A DNA stretch of 64,000 bases from Eledone cirrhosa. Its lineage: Eukaryota. The stretch is taken from assembly GCA_964016885.1 (NCBI GenBank), contig OZ024748.1, forward strand, positions 44,020,001 through 44,084,000, in the 5' to 3' direction. Below, one piece after another: positions 1 through 11,068 of the stretch. Made by a program: the position numbers and the translations under genes. The stretch's first letter is position 1; every line of letters starts with the position of its first letter. The notes under the pieces were generated by a model, which was not told where the DNA came from, did no database searches, and saw nothing but the letters and a program-made list of their open reading frames with translations.

Positions 1-330
1 TATATATGTGTGTGTATGTGTGACCCCACCCTCAAGAGCGTGAAATTAATAAACATTTGTTTGTTCTGCCCCTCTGTTTTGTTCCCCGTTCAATTTTTCC
101 TTATATATGTGTATATGTGTGTATGTGTGTGTATATATATATTTATATAGATATACGTGTGTATGTATGTGTATGTATATATATATATACTTTTATATAT
201 ATATATATGCATATATATGTGTGTATGTATGTGTGTGTATGTATATGTATATGTGTATATATATATATGAATATATTTATATGCGTGTGTGTATATATGT
301 GTGTATATGTGTATGTGTATGTGTGTTTAT
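1..330. repeat. (TA)n/(TG)n compound microsatellite
   Basis: Mostly TA/TG dinucleotide runs; the Y/I/C/V-rich ORFs here are translation artefacts. Confidence 0.95.
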
Positions 331-819
331 GGGTGCACGCGAGTGTGTGAGTGAGTGTGTTTTGTGAATTGTGTCTGTTGATTTTTGGCATATAGTTGAA
401 TAGTTTAGGAGAAATTTGAGGATAATTGTAAGATATGCACTCAATATTTTGAATTTGTCTACAGAATTCTCTAAACCTTTGTCACTTAGTAGAACCTTAA
501 TGAATTTAGCTTTTAAAGAATCTCCCTTTCCTTTAAATCTATCTACCATGACTGACCCCCCACTGATCTTATAGACACCTGTTAGCTTAAGAGAAACTTA
601 ATAATAAGGAGTGGCATGCCATCCTGAACCTGTTTATAGAATTCTGTCTGCCTTTGTTACTCTAAAAACAAAAATAAATAAAAATAAACTATAGCTTTGT
701 AGAATTAGCTTTTAATGAATTCCCTTTTCTATCAACCAATGACCTACACCCATCCCACTCCCCACCCTCTCCTACCACTTTTAGAGACCTATAAATACCA
801 TACTTATTTTCTGATACCC

Positions 820-870
820 AGATTCCTGATGATTTCTAAAGAATGAAACAGTTCTAGTCCTGTAGAATCT
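820..870 (+). ncRNA. Type I hammerhead ribozyme, intact core
   Basis: AGATTC-CTGATGA-TTTC TAAA GAAT-GAAA-CAG TTCTAGTC CTG-TA-GAATCT. Helix I AGATTC/GAATCT, short helix II, helix III ACAG/CTGT, GUA cleavage triplet. Sits at the 3' end of a ~550-bp non-coding insert between microsatellites. Confidence 0.85.
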
Positions 871-944
871 CATCTATATTAAAACTATATATATATATAT
901 ATATATTGGCTTGGCTGCTGATCGAACTTCGAATATGCTGTACT

Positions 945-979
<35 letters not shown>

Positions 980-1044
980 AAGTATATATACGTACATACA
1001 TATATGTATACAGACGTACAGTAGTATGTATATACATACATACA

Positions 1045-1134
<90 letters not shown>

Positions 1135-1171
1135 GATGCACTCACATATATACATGCATATATATATATAT

Positions 1172-1202
<31 letters not shown>

Positions 1203-1555
1203 CCCATTGAGTGCGGTGAGATACAACCGGTACTGGCATTGATAAATATGCTGGGTCCGTCAACCCTTATTATATATATATATATATATATGAATAAAGT
1301 TAGTCCTTCTTCATCAGTGATCTTCCAACCATCATTGGTATTTCATCGCTTTAAAGACCATATACCTCCGGTTGGTGCGAGCAACGGCTAAAAGAAGTCG
1401 TTGGGACACGTAAATAAAGGGGACACGAGAGTGTAAACAAACAAAGATGGTGAAGCAACGAAAAGTGAGGAAGAAGGAGTCAAGTCCCAAATTTCCATGA
1501 ATATAAATTCGGTGAAATCGTGGTATATATATGTGTGTGTGTGGGGTGTGTGTGT

Positions 1556-1594
<39 letters not shown>

Positions 1595-1839
1595 CTTGGT
1601 GAGGGTCATATTGTTATAATAATATTGCCAGAATTAATAACAGAACACACTCACTGTTTGGTTGGTTTTCACTTCTGTATCTTTTATATCAGTTAATTTA
1701 TTCGGTCCCCAATGTTTACCATATATATATATATACATACATAAATGAAGTATTTCCGTAGGAGAGTTAAAGGAAAAGAGAGTGCTCTATGTAGGCCACA
1801 GAACTTTTTAGTTATGTAATAAACAACATTAGATAATTA

Positions 1840-1904
1840 TTTCATTTACCAATGGTTTCTTGAAGAGCTTGACTCTTATGTCTGTCTTCATTCATCAGAA
1901 AAAA
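1840..1904 (-). ncRNA. Type I hammerhead ribozyme motif
   Basis: Minus strand reads CTGATGA-A-TGAAGA...TCTTCA-A-GAAA-CC ATT GG-TA. Helix II is 6 bp, helix III ACC/GGT, GUA site; helix I is weak. Confidence 0.7.
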
Positions 1905-2316
1905 TTTATTATGAATAATACAGACACATATATAAAAAAAACACATCTATACAGACATATATGTATACACATCCACTCAAGTGTTTAAGTTCATATATAC
2001 ATTGGTGTGGGGAAGGGGAAATTAATGAAATGTTATTGTACCTCTGAGGGTTTTTCTTCTCTTCAGTGTTTGAATGTTTGGAAGTACGGGTGTCATCAAC
2101 TATTTTTCTTTTTCAATATCTCTCTCATATATAGTCACACATTTCAAAACAACCTGATCTCTGTTTGACAATCGCCATAGACAGACAAATGCAAGAAAGT
2201 TCTCCAGCCCAAGTAAACCAGGAATCTCTAAAATTCTTCCCACCGAAGTCAACAAAGAACTTACTGGATCTACCAACTCATAATATTATAATATTATATT
2301 ATAATATTATAACATA

Positions 2317-2503
2317 GGGCGGTGGATTGGCAGAGTTGGTAGAGGGTTGGACATGCTTTCCAGCATAGTTACGTCCCTTTACGATCTGAGTTCAAATCCC
2401 GCCAAGGTTAACTTTGCCTTTCATCCTTATGAGGTCGATAAAATAAAGTACCAGTAATGTACTGGGTAATTGCTGGCCTTGTGCCGAAAGTAGAAACAAT
2501 TAT
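2317..2503 (+). mobile_element. tRNA-derived SINE with Meta-like central domain
   Basis: A-box-like TGGCAGAGTTGG, B-box GTTCAAATCC, central GCCTTTCATCCT..GTCGATAAAATAAAGTACCAG, tail GGCCTTGTGCCRAAAGTAGAAACAATTAT. Over 12 copies or fragments in the window. Confidence 0.8.
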
Positions 2504-2613
2504 ATTATAACATTAAATCATAAATTTTTTAACACTACAAGTGAAGTCATTCTTTTCCTTTTTTTCAAATATACCTAACTGTACCAAGGATCTCACACAT
2601 TTTTCAATATATG

Positions 2614-2665
<52 letters not shown>

Positions 2666-2685
2666 CATATATATAAAATAATAAT

Positions 2686-2818
2686 GATTTCTAGTATAGG
2701 TACAAGGCCAGTAATTTGGGGGGAAGGGAAAGCCGATTAAATCGACCCCAGTATGTTACTGGTACTTTATTTTATCGACCCCCGTAAGGATGAAAGGCAA
2801 AGTTGATCTCGGCGGGAT
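2686..2818 (-). mobile_element. SINE 3' fragment (same family)
   Basis: Reverse complement of the Meta-like domain and tail. Confidence 0.75.
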
Positions 2819-2847
2819 GAAATAATAATAATAATAATAATAATAAT

Positions 2848-3645
2848 AGCTGCCCAAAATCAAAGCTGTGATGAGAAACGGAATAAACCTAAAGTGCCGA
2901 TTCTGCAATGCTGAGGTTGAAACAGTGGATCACTTAGTCTCTGGATGTAAAGTTTTAGCACCAGTAGAATACAAATATAGACATGACAGAGTTGGCCAAT
3001 ATCTACACTGGGTAATATGTCGGCATTACAAAATCAAAGCTGAAGACAAGTTGGTACAATCCTCACCCTGAGGCTGTAACTGAAGGAGAAAAAGTAACAA
3101 TTCTCTGGGACTTTCCTGTACACACTGACAGGACCATAAAAGCAAATAGACCTGACATCATTATAAACGATCAACATAACAAGGTCTGTTTGTTGATAGA
3201 TATGAGCATCCCATGTGATCACAATATCGCGGCAAAGGAATTGACAAGCTACGCAAATATAAAGATCTGCTTATTGAAATTGAGAAAATGTGGCACCTCA
3301 AGGCCATTACAATACCAGTAATTGTGGGAGGACTGGGAATGATCAAGAAAGGAACAGAATAATATTTGCGAATGATTCCTGTTTTACCCTCTCTGCATGA
3401 GGTGCAAAAAATTGTTTGACTGGTACTGCACATGTATTGAGAAGAGCACTATCTCTGTAAGATTGATATCCCTCCTTGTATTTACATATGTATATGCACA
3501 TGTGTATATATGTATACTGTTTTTTAAAAATTATAATCAATGTGCTGTATTAACTGGCTTACCAATGCACACTGTGAATTTATTTGTCCTAGGTGTCAGG
3601 AAGACACTCGGCATATATCTCAGAAACAATAATGAAAGAAAATAA
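2848..3645 (+). mobile_element. 5'-truncated R4/Dong-like RLE non-LTR retrotransposon (degenerate)
   Basis: AAQNQ; CRFC-x8-H-x4-C zinc knuckle; RHD; then, across frameshifts, ILWDF..TDRTIKANRPDIII..CLLIDMSIP..KY (restriction-like endonuclease). Flanked by (TAA)n on both sides. Confidence 0.85.
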
Positions 3646-3667
3646 TAATAATAATAATAATAATAAT

Positions 3668-3770
3668 AATTGTTTCTACTTTTGGCACAAGGCCAGAAAT
3701 TACCCAGTACTTTATTTTATCGACCTCGTAAGGATGAAAGGCAAAGTTAACCTCGGCAGGATTTGAACTC
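3668..3770 (-). mobile_element. SINE fragment
   Basis: Reverse complement of the B-box, Meta-like domain and tail. Confidence 0.75.
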
Positions 3771-3811
3771 AATAGTTTCTTTATTGGTCACAAGGGCTAA
3801 CATGAATAATA

Positions 3812-4687
3812 ATAATAGTTTCTTTATTTGCCACAAGGGCTAACATGAAGTAAACTATGCTGATGGCACAGGACGATACAAAGTGGGTGTTGGCCATGTA
3901 AAAAGGTCATTAAAGACAGAAACGTGTAAAATAAATTAAAATTCAAACAACAAAAATTCCCCAATAAGGGGAAAGCCTCCGAGGGTCACTCATAGCGAAA
4001 ACCACACAAAAGACCACGGCCACCCTGACCACCAGGGCATGCGCCCTCTCTCAGTTTTCCCACTTCTCAGTCTACAGGCACATACTCAGACCAGATTCGC
4101 TACTTTCACCCACCTTTCAACAAACTTACTAGAAGATAGCACTTGCCTTTCCACCCTGATTTTCTTCTTCAAGTGAAACTTGAAAAAGTTAATCAAGGAT
4201 TGGCCTGAGAGGAAAGTGTCCGTTTTCAACCCTTTCAACTTTGTCCACCACACAATCTCTTTCGTCATGGCCACCAGGTAGATGAAGACTGCTTGCCCTT
4301 CCTACTCTTTAAAGGAGGATGGCGGGGCTATCTGCACAATGGACTCAGTCGATAACCGGATCCGTCCTACACGCGACAGCAGCTGTTTGACATAGCTCCA
4401 CAAGTCAGCAATTCTCGGGCACTGAACGAGTGCGTCTAGGACAGTTTCGTCGTCCTGCGCGCATCTCGGACAGGCTCGGCTGACAGCACCTCCGTGTCTG
4501 TAGAGCTTATCCCGAACCGGCAACGCTCCTCGGTAGCACTGCCAGGCCAGGGATTTCTGGAAATTGTCCATAGGTCCTGGGCTACAATTTCTCTTGAAGA
4601 GAGCAAACAGCTGATCGTCTTTGATACCCAGGGTCTCCCGAGAATGTCGTCGCTCTTCCCCTCCACTAGCCTTCTATAGAACCCCAT
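3812..4687 (-). mobile_element. Tx1/L1-clade LINE 3' fragment
   Basis: DNFQKSLAWQCYRGALPVRDKL..CPRC..ETVLDAL..C (ORF2 C-terminal zinc region), clearly homologous to 17930-18460. The 3' end is GCCCTTGTGGCAAATAAAGAAAC followed by (TAT)n. Confidence 0.9.
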
Positions 4688-4852
4688 AATAATAATAATA
4701 ATTAAGGAACAAAGAATCAGTGTTGCATCATATACATATTTAATCACATATTACATAAGCGCCACTGCCGATCAGCTCAAGGAACGATCGATTATGTTCG
4801 TTCTTGACCCTGCAATCGAAAGCTCCTCAGATATGTGTTCTTACATGTAAAC

Positions 4853-4897
<45 letters not shown>

Positions 4898-4933
4898 GTT
4901 AAAACGATCAAATTTTAGTTCAGAACATTTATT

Positions 4934-4980
4934 TGCTGACAATTGTTTCTTCCAGAGGGAAGTCTGGTTTCATCGGAGCA
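4934..4980 (-). ncRNA. Type I minimal hammerhead, U4C variant
   Basis: TGCT-CCGATGA-AA-CCAGA CTTCCC TCTGG-AA-GAAA-CAATTG-TC-AGCA. Helix I TGCT/AGCA, palindromic helix III, GUC site; the core reads CCGA instead of CUGA. Confidence 0.75.
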
Positions 4981-5763
4981 TAAGGTATGTTGAAACATGT
5001 AACTAAAATCCTAGTCATTTAGAACATTTAGGGTACATAATTGTTATTAGTGTCAAAGGCATCATGTGGAGAGTCAGGAGTTAAAAAGATGTTTTGCTTG
5101 AAAGAACACAATTACAGGCAGCACTGGTTGGAAGTGTAATAGGTGTAAGTAAAAAGCACAAGCAAAAAAAAAACACAAGCAAAAAAGTTATAAGCAAGGA
5201 CGATTGGTGTACAATGCAGGAGTCAATACAGTCAATAAGGCGTGTATGAGGAAAGAGTTATAATGCAGTTGAAATAAACATATTTTCTGTGGGATGTTAA
5301 AGAATGTTATAATTGTTATAAATGTTTAAGATTGTGTTCAATTTGTTAGAGAGGCATGTGGTGATAATGTATGTATTTGTTATGTAAGGTTTAATGCAAA
5401 GCACTAGATAGAGTTGGGTATGTGATTTTCATGTGTTGTAGTTCGTATGTATGTGTATGTGTTGTTTGTAACTCACAGCTATTAACCATGGGATTATTTT
5501 GAGTCGTTTATAGTCAATGGGTGTTTGTTTGTTAAATGTAAATCCCGCCGAATTACTGGCCATGTTGTTATTGTAGGTATATTATTTTATGCATTTTTTA
5601 TCTACAAATTATTTTTTCTAGGGTTTGTATTAACCGTTATTAAGCTGTTGGTGAACCGTTGTGTTGCTTAATTTTATAAGTTTATATATATATATTTTAT
5701 AAGTTTATATATATATATATATATATGTATAAGATCAAAAGATGGTTAAAAGAGTTCCATGTA

Positions 5764-5830
5764 TTTTATTATGCGCATTTCAAAAACAAATATCATCATG
5801 CAATAACATTTGTGTTTTCATCAGATAAAA
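5764..5830 (-). ncRNA. Type I minimal hammerhead ribozyme, intact core
   Basis: TTTTAT-CTGATGA-AAACACAAAT...ATTTGTTTTT-GAAA-TGCGCA-TA-ATAAAA. Helix I is 6 bp, helix III is the palindrome ATGCGCAT, AUA site. Confidence 0.85.
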
Positions 5831-6181
5831 TAGGAAGACATGATATGAAGGTTAAAAAACACTTGTGAATAGTACAGTTTTAAATCAGCATATGAAAAGT
5901 AGTTTTAGATTGATGTGTGATATTGGGAAAAAAAATTTTGTGGGGGGTGGGGTGGAAAGGATGAAAAAGAGGAGGAGATGAGAGTAAAAAGTGGAGGGGG
6001 AGGAGTATAATGAGGAAGGATGAGATGGGTGATAGAGAGAGAGAGATAGCTTTTATAACTGAGAAAAAATATATTGTTTTATATAGAGAGGTTGAAAAAC
6101 CGTTGGAAGATAATATATAAATTAAAAGAATTTGAAAATTAACGAAGAGAAAAATAATGTAAAGTTAAGGTTTGTATATTG

Positions 6182-6350
6182 AAGGGTTTAATAATATGTG
6201 CGATGAAAAGAAATTGTTAATATGTATTAAGAATAATATTTAAGGGTTTAATAATATGTGCGATGGAAAGAAAATGTTAATATGTATTAAGAATAATATT
6301 TAAGGGTTTAATAATATGTGCGATGGAAAGAAAATGTTGATATGTATTAT
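6182..6350 (+). repeat. 60-bp tandem repeat, ~2.8 copies
   Basis: AAGGGTTTAATAATATGTGCGATG... recurs at 6182, 6242 and 6302. Confidence 0.9.
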
Positions 6351-7299
6351 TAAAAAAACAATAGTAATGTAAGTAAGGATATATTAGATGAGCATGAAAG
6401 GGAGAAAAAAATAATGAATTGAGGATGAATAATCTAACGTCAAAAAAATGTTTATGTTTACGAAGGATTTTTTCAAGGTGATATAAAGTAAGAATATATT
6501 GTACTGTGTAATAATTGTTTCTATGTTAGGCACAATGAGAAAAGGTACAGATTAGGGGTTAGAAGTTAAAAGAAAAAGGAAAAGAAAAGGAAAAGGAAGA
6601 AAGGGAAGTGATAAATAGGAGTGATATAGAATGAGTAACTAGTATTATATAATGTATAATAAATAACTTTGAAATAAGGTAGAAGGATGGGTATATTTTT
6701 AAAGAAGTATATATATATATATGTGCCTTTGAGAAAAGGATTTTAAATTGATAAAGTATTAGATATTAGCTGTATACTTTATGGAATGTTCTGTGGAATG
6801 TATGCAAGCAGAGAGAAAACAAGTCAGTGCGTCTATTTATTATAGAATCTAAATTAGATATAATGGTAATTTTTTCATTTAAACAGAGATTGCAAGTCTT
6901 GGATAGAGAACTGTTCAAGTATGAAGAAGCAGAAGAAACCTTTTTCCAAGAGATGTTATATTTAATATTTTTGTCTTTCAAGGACCATATGAGTTCTGAG
7001 ACACGGCACTCTCAGAACTCAGTGATTTATTAATAACTCAGATGACTAATGATTAAATGCTATAAGGTTAAGAAGTTAAAAAGTTAAATTTTCTATCATA
7101 AGAATGTAATTAGAATATGAATCTTATGTTATTTTATACTGAGTTATAAATTCATAAATTTACGTGTTATAAAGTTATAACAGTTAAAACATAAATTTAC
7201 TTGCCATAACGTCACAACATATAGAAATTATAACATTTAAAATTTTCATAGGAATCTATTTAAAGCATAAAGCACAAAAAAACAAAACAAAAAAACTCT

Positions 7300-8226
7300 T
7301 TCATAAGAATATATGGCACTACAACGCCATATATTCTTATGAATACAGTCGTGAAAGCAGCCGATAAAAGCAGGCGAAGGTGACGTCATTCGTCATCGTT
7401 TATTTCCGTATTACTACCACCACGCGTAAGTGGAGTTTTCACGCGTTTTTTATTTTTTTTATTAAAGTATATCGATGTAAGTGGAGTTACTTCTGACAGC
7501 TAATACCATGAACTATATTTTCATAGTCATGGTTATCAATGTAGAAAACAAGTCATTTTCACCAACAGTGGAGTTAACTTAAATGAAAATATAGGTGGCC
7601 CTTAAAGGGGCCAAATTGTTAATGGAATTAACCATCGCGATCTTTCCATCGCTACCGCTACTACAGCAGATACCATCAATCTCCATGGGGACTGTCTCTT
7701 GTATCCATGCTTTTGAATAAGGTTGGTGAAACAAATTTGTTTTCTAAACATTTCTTCATAAAGGGTTGGTGAAAAAAATTTGATAACCATAAATTTGTTT
7801 TCTAATTTGGCCCTTTTAAGGGCCACCTATATTTTCATTTAAGTTAACTCCACTGTTGGTGAAAATGACTTGTTTTCTACATTAATAACCATGACTATGA
7901 AAATATAGTTCATGGTATTAGCTGTCAGAAGTAATTCCAGTTGGTGAAAATGACTTGTTTTCTACATTGATAACCATGACTATGAAAATATAAATGATTA
8001 AATCCAATTTATTTGATAACCATGACTTGTTTTCTAATTAACTTAAATTTGTTTTCTAATTTGGCCCTTTTAAGGGCCACCTATATTTTCATTTAAGTAA
8101 CTCCACTTACATCTATATGCTTTAATAAAAAAAACTCCACTTACGCGTGGTAGTAATACGGAAATAAACGATGTTTTGCTTTCATCGGCTGCTTTCGACT
8201 GACAGCTAATAGCGTTGTAGTGCCGA
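7300..8226. mobile_element. Fold-back / MITE-like element with long imperfect inverted repeats
   Basis: 7315-7617 is mirrored by 7805-7940 and 8090-8225 (GGCACTACAACG...CGTTGTAGTGCC). No coding capacity. Confidence 0.6.
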
Positions 8227-8545
8227 ATATATTTATATTAATATATATATATATATATAAATTTAGCGAGAATCGCATTTCGGCGGGTAGAAATTAGCGA
8301 AACGCAACTTCCATATTGTGTAGACAAGCGCTCCATGGATATGAAGATACCAGAGCTATAAAAAGGTCATACAAACTGAGACGATGGTTAAGAAGCCATA
8401 AACCACCAGAGCCAAAAAAGCGAACAAGCTAAACGGGTCAAACAAAATAAGATATGATTGAAATAGTTACCCAGACCCTCGGGGAAGATGGAATACTCCG
8501 AATATATATATATATATATAATATATATATATAATATATATATAT

Positions 8546-8618
<73 letters not shown>

Positions 8619-8622
<4 letters not shown>

Positions 8623-10660
8623 GCAGGAGTTGCCTCCCTTGTTGTGACACTCACATCCCCAATAGATTAACGCTCTCTAGACAGGAAGTAGAACTCTTTC
8701 TGTAACTTCCGGTCAGAACCCTATAAAACTAACAACGTTAAGCTCCCTATCTCTCATTCGCCTTTTCGCGTTCACCTGGCAACCAAACGGTAACTAATAA
8801 CTTTGTTTCATTCTCTCATCTATTCATTGACATGTCAACTATACTGTTCTATATATCCACAAATTGTTTATTAAATATTATACACACAAACCAATCGTCT
8901 CCTTGTTACATTCATACACACTAGTATTTTGTTATAAGTGGTGACCCCGACGTGATACGAACACGCAGCCGTTCATTGTTATAAGTGGTGACCCCGAAAA
9001 AAGAAAAAAATAGCAGAATCTGGTGTTGTGTGAGTAACATTACGAATACACAGCAAATTTTATTGACAAACTATGAAAATACTCAGTCAAAGAAACGCAC
9101 ACACGCACATGTGAAATTTTCGTGCAGACAGTCTCTTTTTCCCTCACGCATGCACTAACTGTCGCAGTTCACTGTATATATATATATATATGTTTCTCGT
9201 TTCTTACAACGAACACTTCAAAAACAAACAAAAAAAAAAGAAATTTGATTTTTAAAAAAAAACATTTCAACAGGAACATTTATTTTCGATGAATCTCAAC
9301 CATTGCTTTTTTTTCATTGTTTTCTTCATCGTTCAAGTTTTTTTCATCGTTCACAAAAGAAAAATTGAACTCGCCATATTTGTTATACTAAGTGAAGCCT
9401 TTCTTTATTTTTCATCATTGTCACTTTCACACACACATTTTTTCAAAATGGCTGCCAACGACCTGTTGCACTATCATTTTCTCGCGCATTAGAAATATTT
9501 TTTTTTCAACTTAATCTTGTTTTGGCACATGTAGGCAGCAGGATTCTCAACTCACGGAGATATCTCGATTCACTGAGATAGCCACACACCAGGGATAACG
9601 TTTCTCGCCAAGGATTCTCCAGCCTTAAGCTATATTCTCCTATTTGCCGGTTTAAAAATTTACCACGTAAATTTGCCGTTAAAAACTGCGTATTTATTCA
9701 GAATGCTTATTTCTTTGGTCGCTGGCTTCTTGACCCTTCCAGGTCAACGCATTCTCAACATCGACCATCAACTTCGGCTGTTATTTCTAGCACTTTGCGC
9801 AACTCATTTTTTCTGAAAAAAATATTTTTACTGTGAATTTAAACATCGAATACGCTCACTCCGCGAGACAACAACAGCAACACAGCTTCATCAACAACCA
9901 AAACCAGCAGAACAAGCCAGAGAATTTATTTTTGCAGCACTCTTCCTGTGAGAAAATCCATTCGGAGGTTGGAAATTTCACGATATACCACAGAACAGAA
10001 ACCACCTGCATTCATTCTCTGGAACACACTTTCTTTCCTGCTGTCATGTGATTGCACACCTGTGAACTATATTTTGTACATTTGAACTTTGAGCTCTTCT
10101 CTTACTTTATTATATTGTATCTTTGGGTGATGGATAGATAGATGTCCAGTCGTTCTCTGGCCAAGAGCGGTTGGCTACCTTGATATCTATCATTGAGTTT
10201 TGCAAACATTATTTTTTTTTCGTAATTTTCATGCCTGTTACAACATTCTCGCCAACTTACTACATACATATTTCATTCGATTTTTATATTTTAAAAATCT
10301 GGCGGGAAGTAATGTAGCAGGAGTTGCCTCCCTTGTTGTGACACTCAAATCCCCAATAGATTAACGCTATCTAGACAGGAAGTAGAACCCGTTCTGTAAC
10401 TTCCGGTCAGAACCCTATAAAACTAACAACGTTAAGCTCCCTATCTCTCATTCGCCTTTTCGGCTCCTGGCCTTCGCCAGGAGTCGCCGCCCAGGCGCGT
10501 TCACCTGGCAACCAAACGGTAACTAATAACTTTGTTTCATTCTCTCATCTATTCATTGACATGTCAACTATAATGTTCTATATATCCACAAATTGTTTAT
10601 TAAATATTATACACACAAACCAATCGTCTCCTTGTTACATTCATACACACTAGTATTCTG

Positions 10661-10665
<5 letters not shown>
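8619..10665 (+). mobile_element. Non-autonomous LTR retrotransposon (TRIM/LARD-like, ~2 kb)
   Basis: Direct LTRs 8619-8936 and 10313-10665 (TGTAGCAGG...TGTTATA); PBS directly after the 5' LTR; purine-rich GGCGGGAAGTAA before the 3' LTR; no recognisable gag/pol; inserted in (TA)n. Confidence 0.9.
8939..8970 (+). promoter_or_regulatory. Primer binding site complementary to the tRNA-Trp 3' end (extended)
   Basis: TGGTGACCCCGACGTGAT is the complement of metazoan tRNA-Trp nt 59-76; the match continues as (A)CGAACACGCAGCC. Confidence 0.85.
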
Positions 10666-10753
<88 letters not shown>

Positions 10754-10830
10754 ATATTATATATATATATATTCGGAGTATTCTATCTTCCCCGAGGGTC
10801 CGGGTAACTATTTCAATCATATCTTATTAT

Positions 10831-10896
<66 letters not shown>

Positions 10897-11068
10897 GGTA
10901 TGTAATAGTAGCTAAAATAATAATAGTTCGACATTTAGAATCAAGGATTATTTGTGCAATGTATAAACATAACAGTAGACAATAATTTTCAGTTAAAATT
11001 ACAAAATAGGGAAGAGTATTTATAAAATTTAATAAATGTTTATACTTTATACTCGGTTAAATATTCGA

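Larger units (their letters stand above)
5730..6995 (-). mobile_element. Penelope-like element 3' remnant (GIY-YIG C-terminus plus 3' pLTR)
   Basis: LKDKNIKYNISW..SSY..CNLCLNEK..IIN.R.DLFSLCLH parallels the C-terminus of the PLE at 19805-20194. A hammerhead lies near the 3' end, next to (TA)n. Confidence 0.8.

Noticed and set aside
2317-2410. tRNA gene
   Set aside because: The A/B boxes belong to a multi-copy SINE head; no complete cloverleaf.
4760-4840. Hammerhead-like CTGAGGA on the minus strand (related to 62780-62850)
   Set aside because: GAAA is missing here and the CUGA box is degenerate in the 62780 copy. Probably decayed relics, so not called as features.
8939-8970. tRNA-Trp gene on the minus strand
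   Set aside because: Only the 3' 32 nt including CCA are present, directly after an LTR, so this is a PBS.
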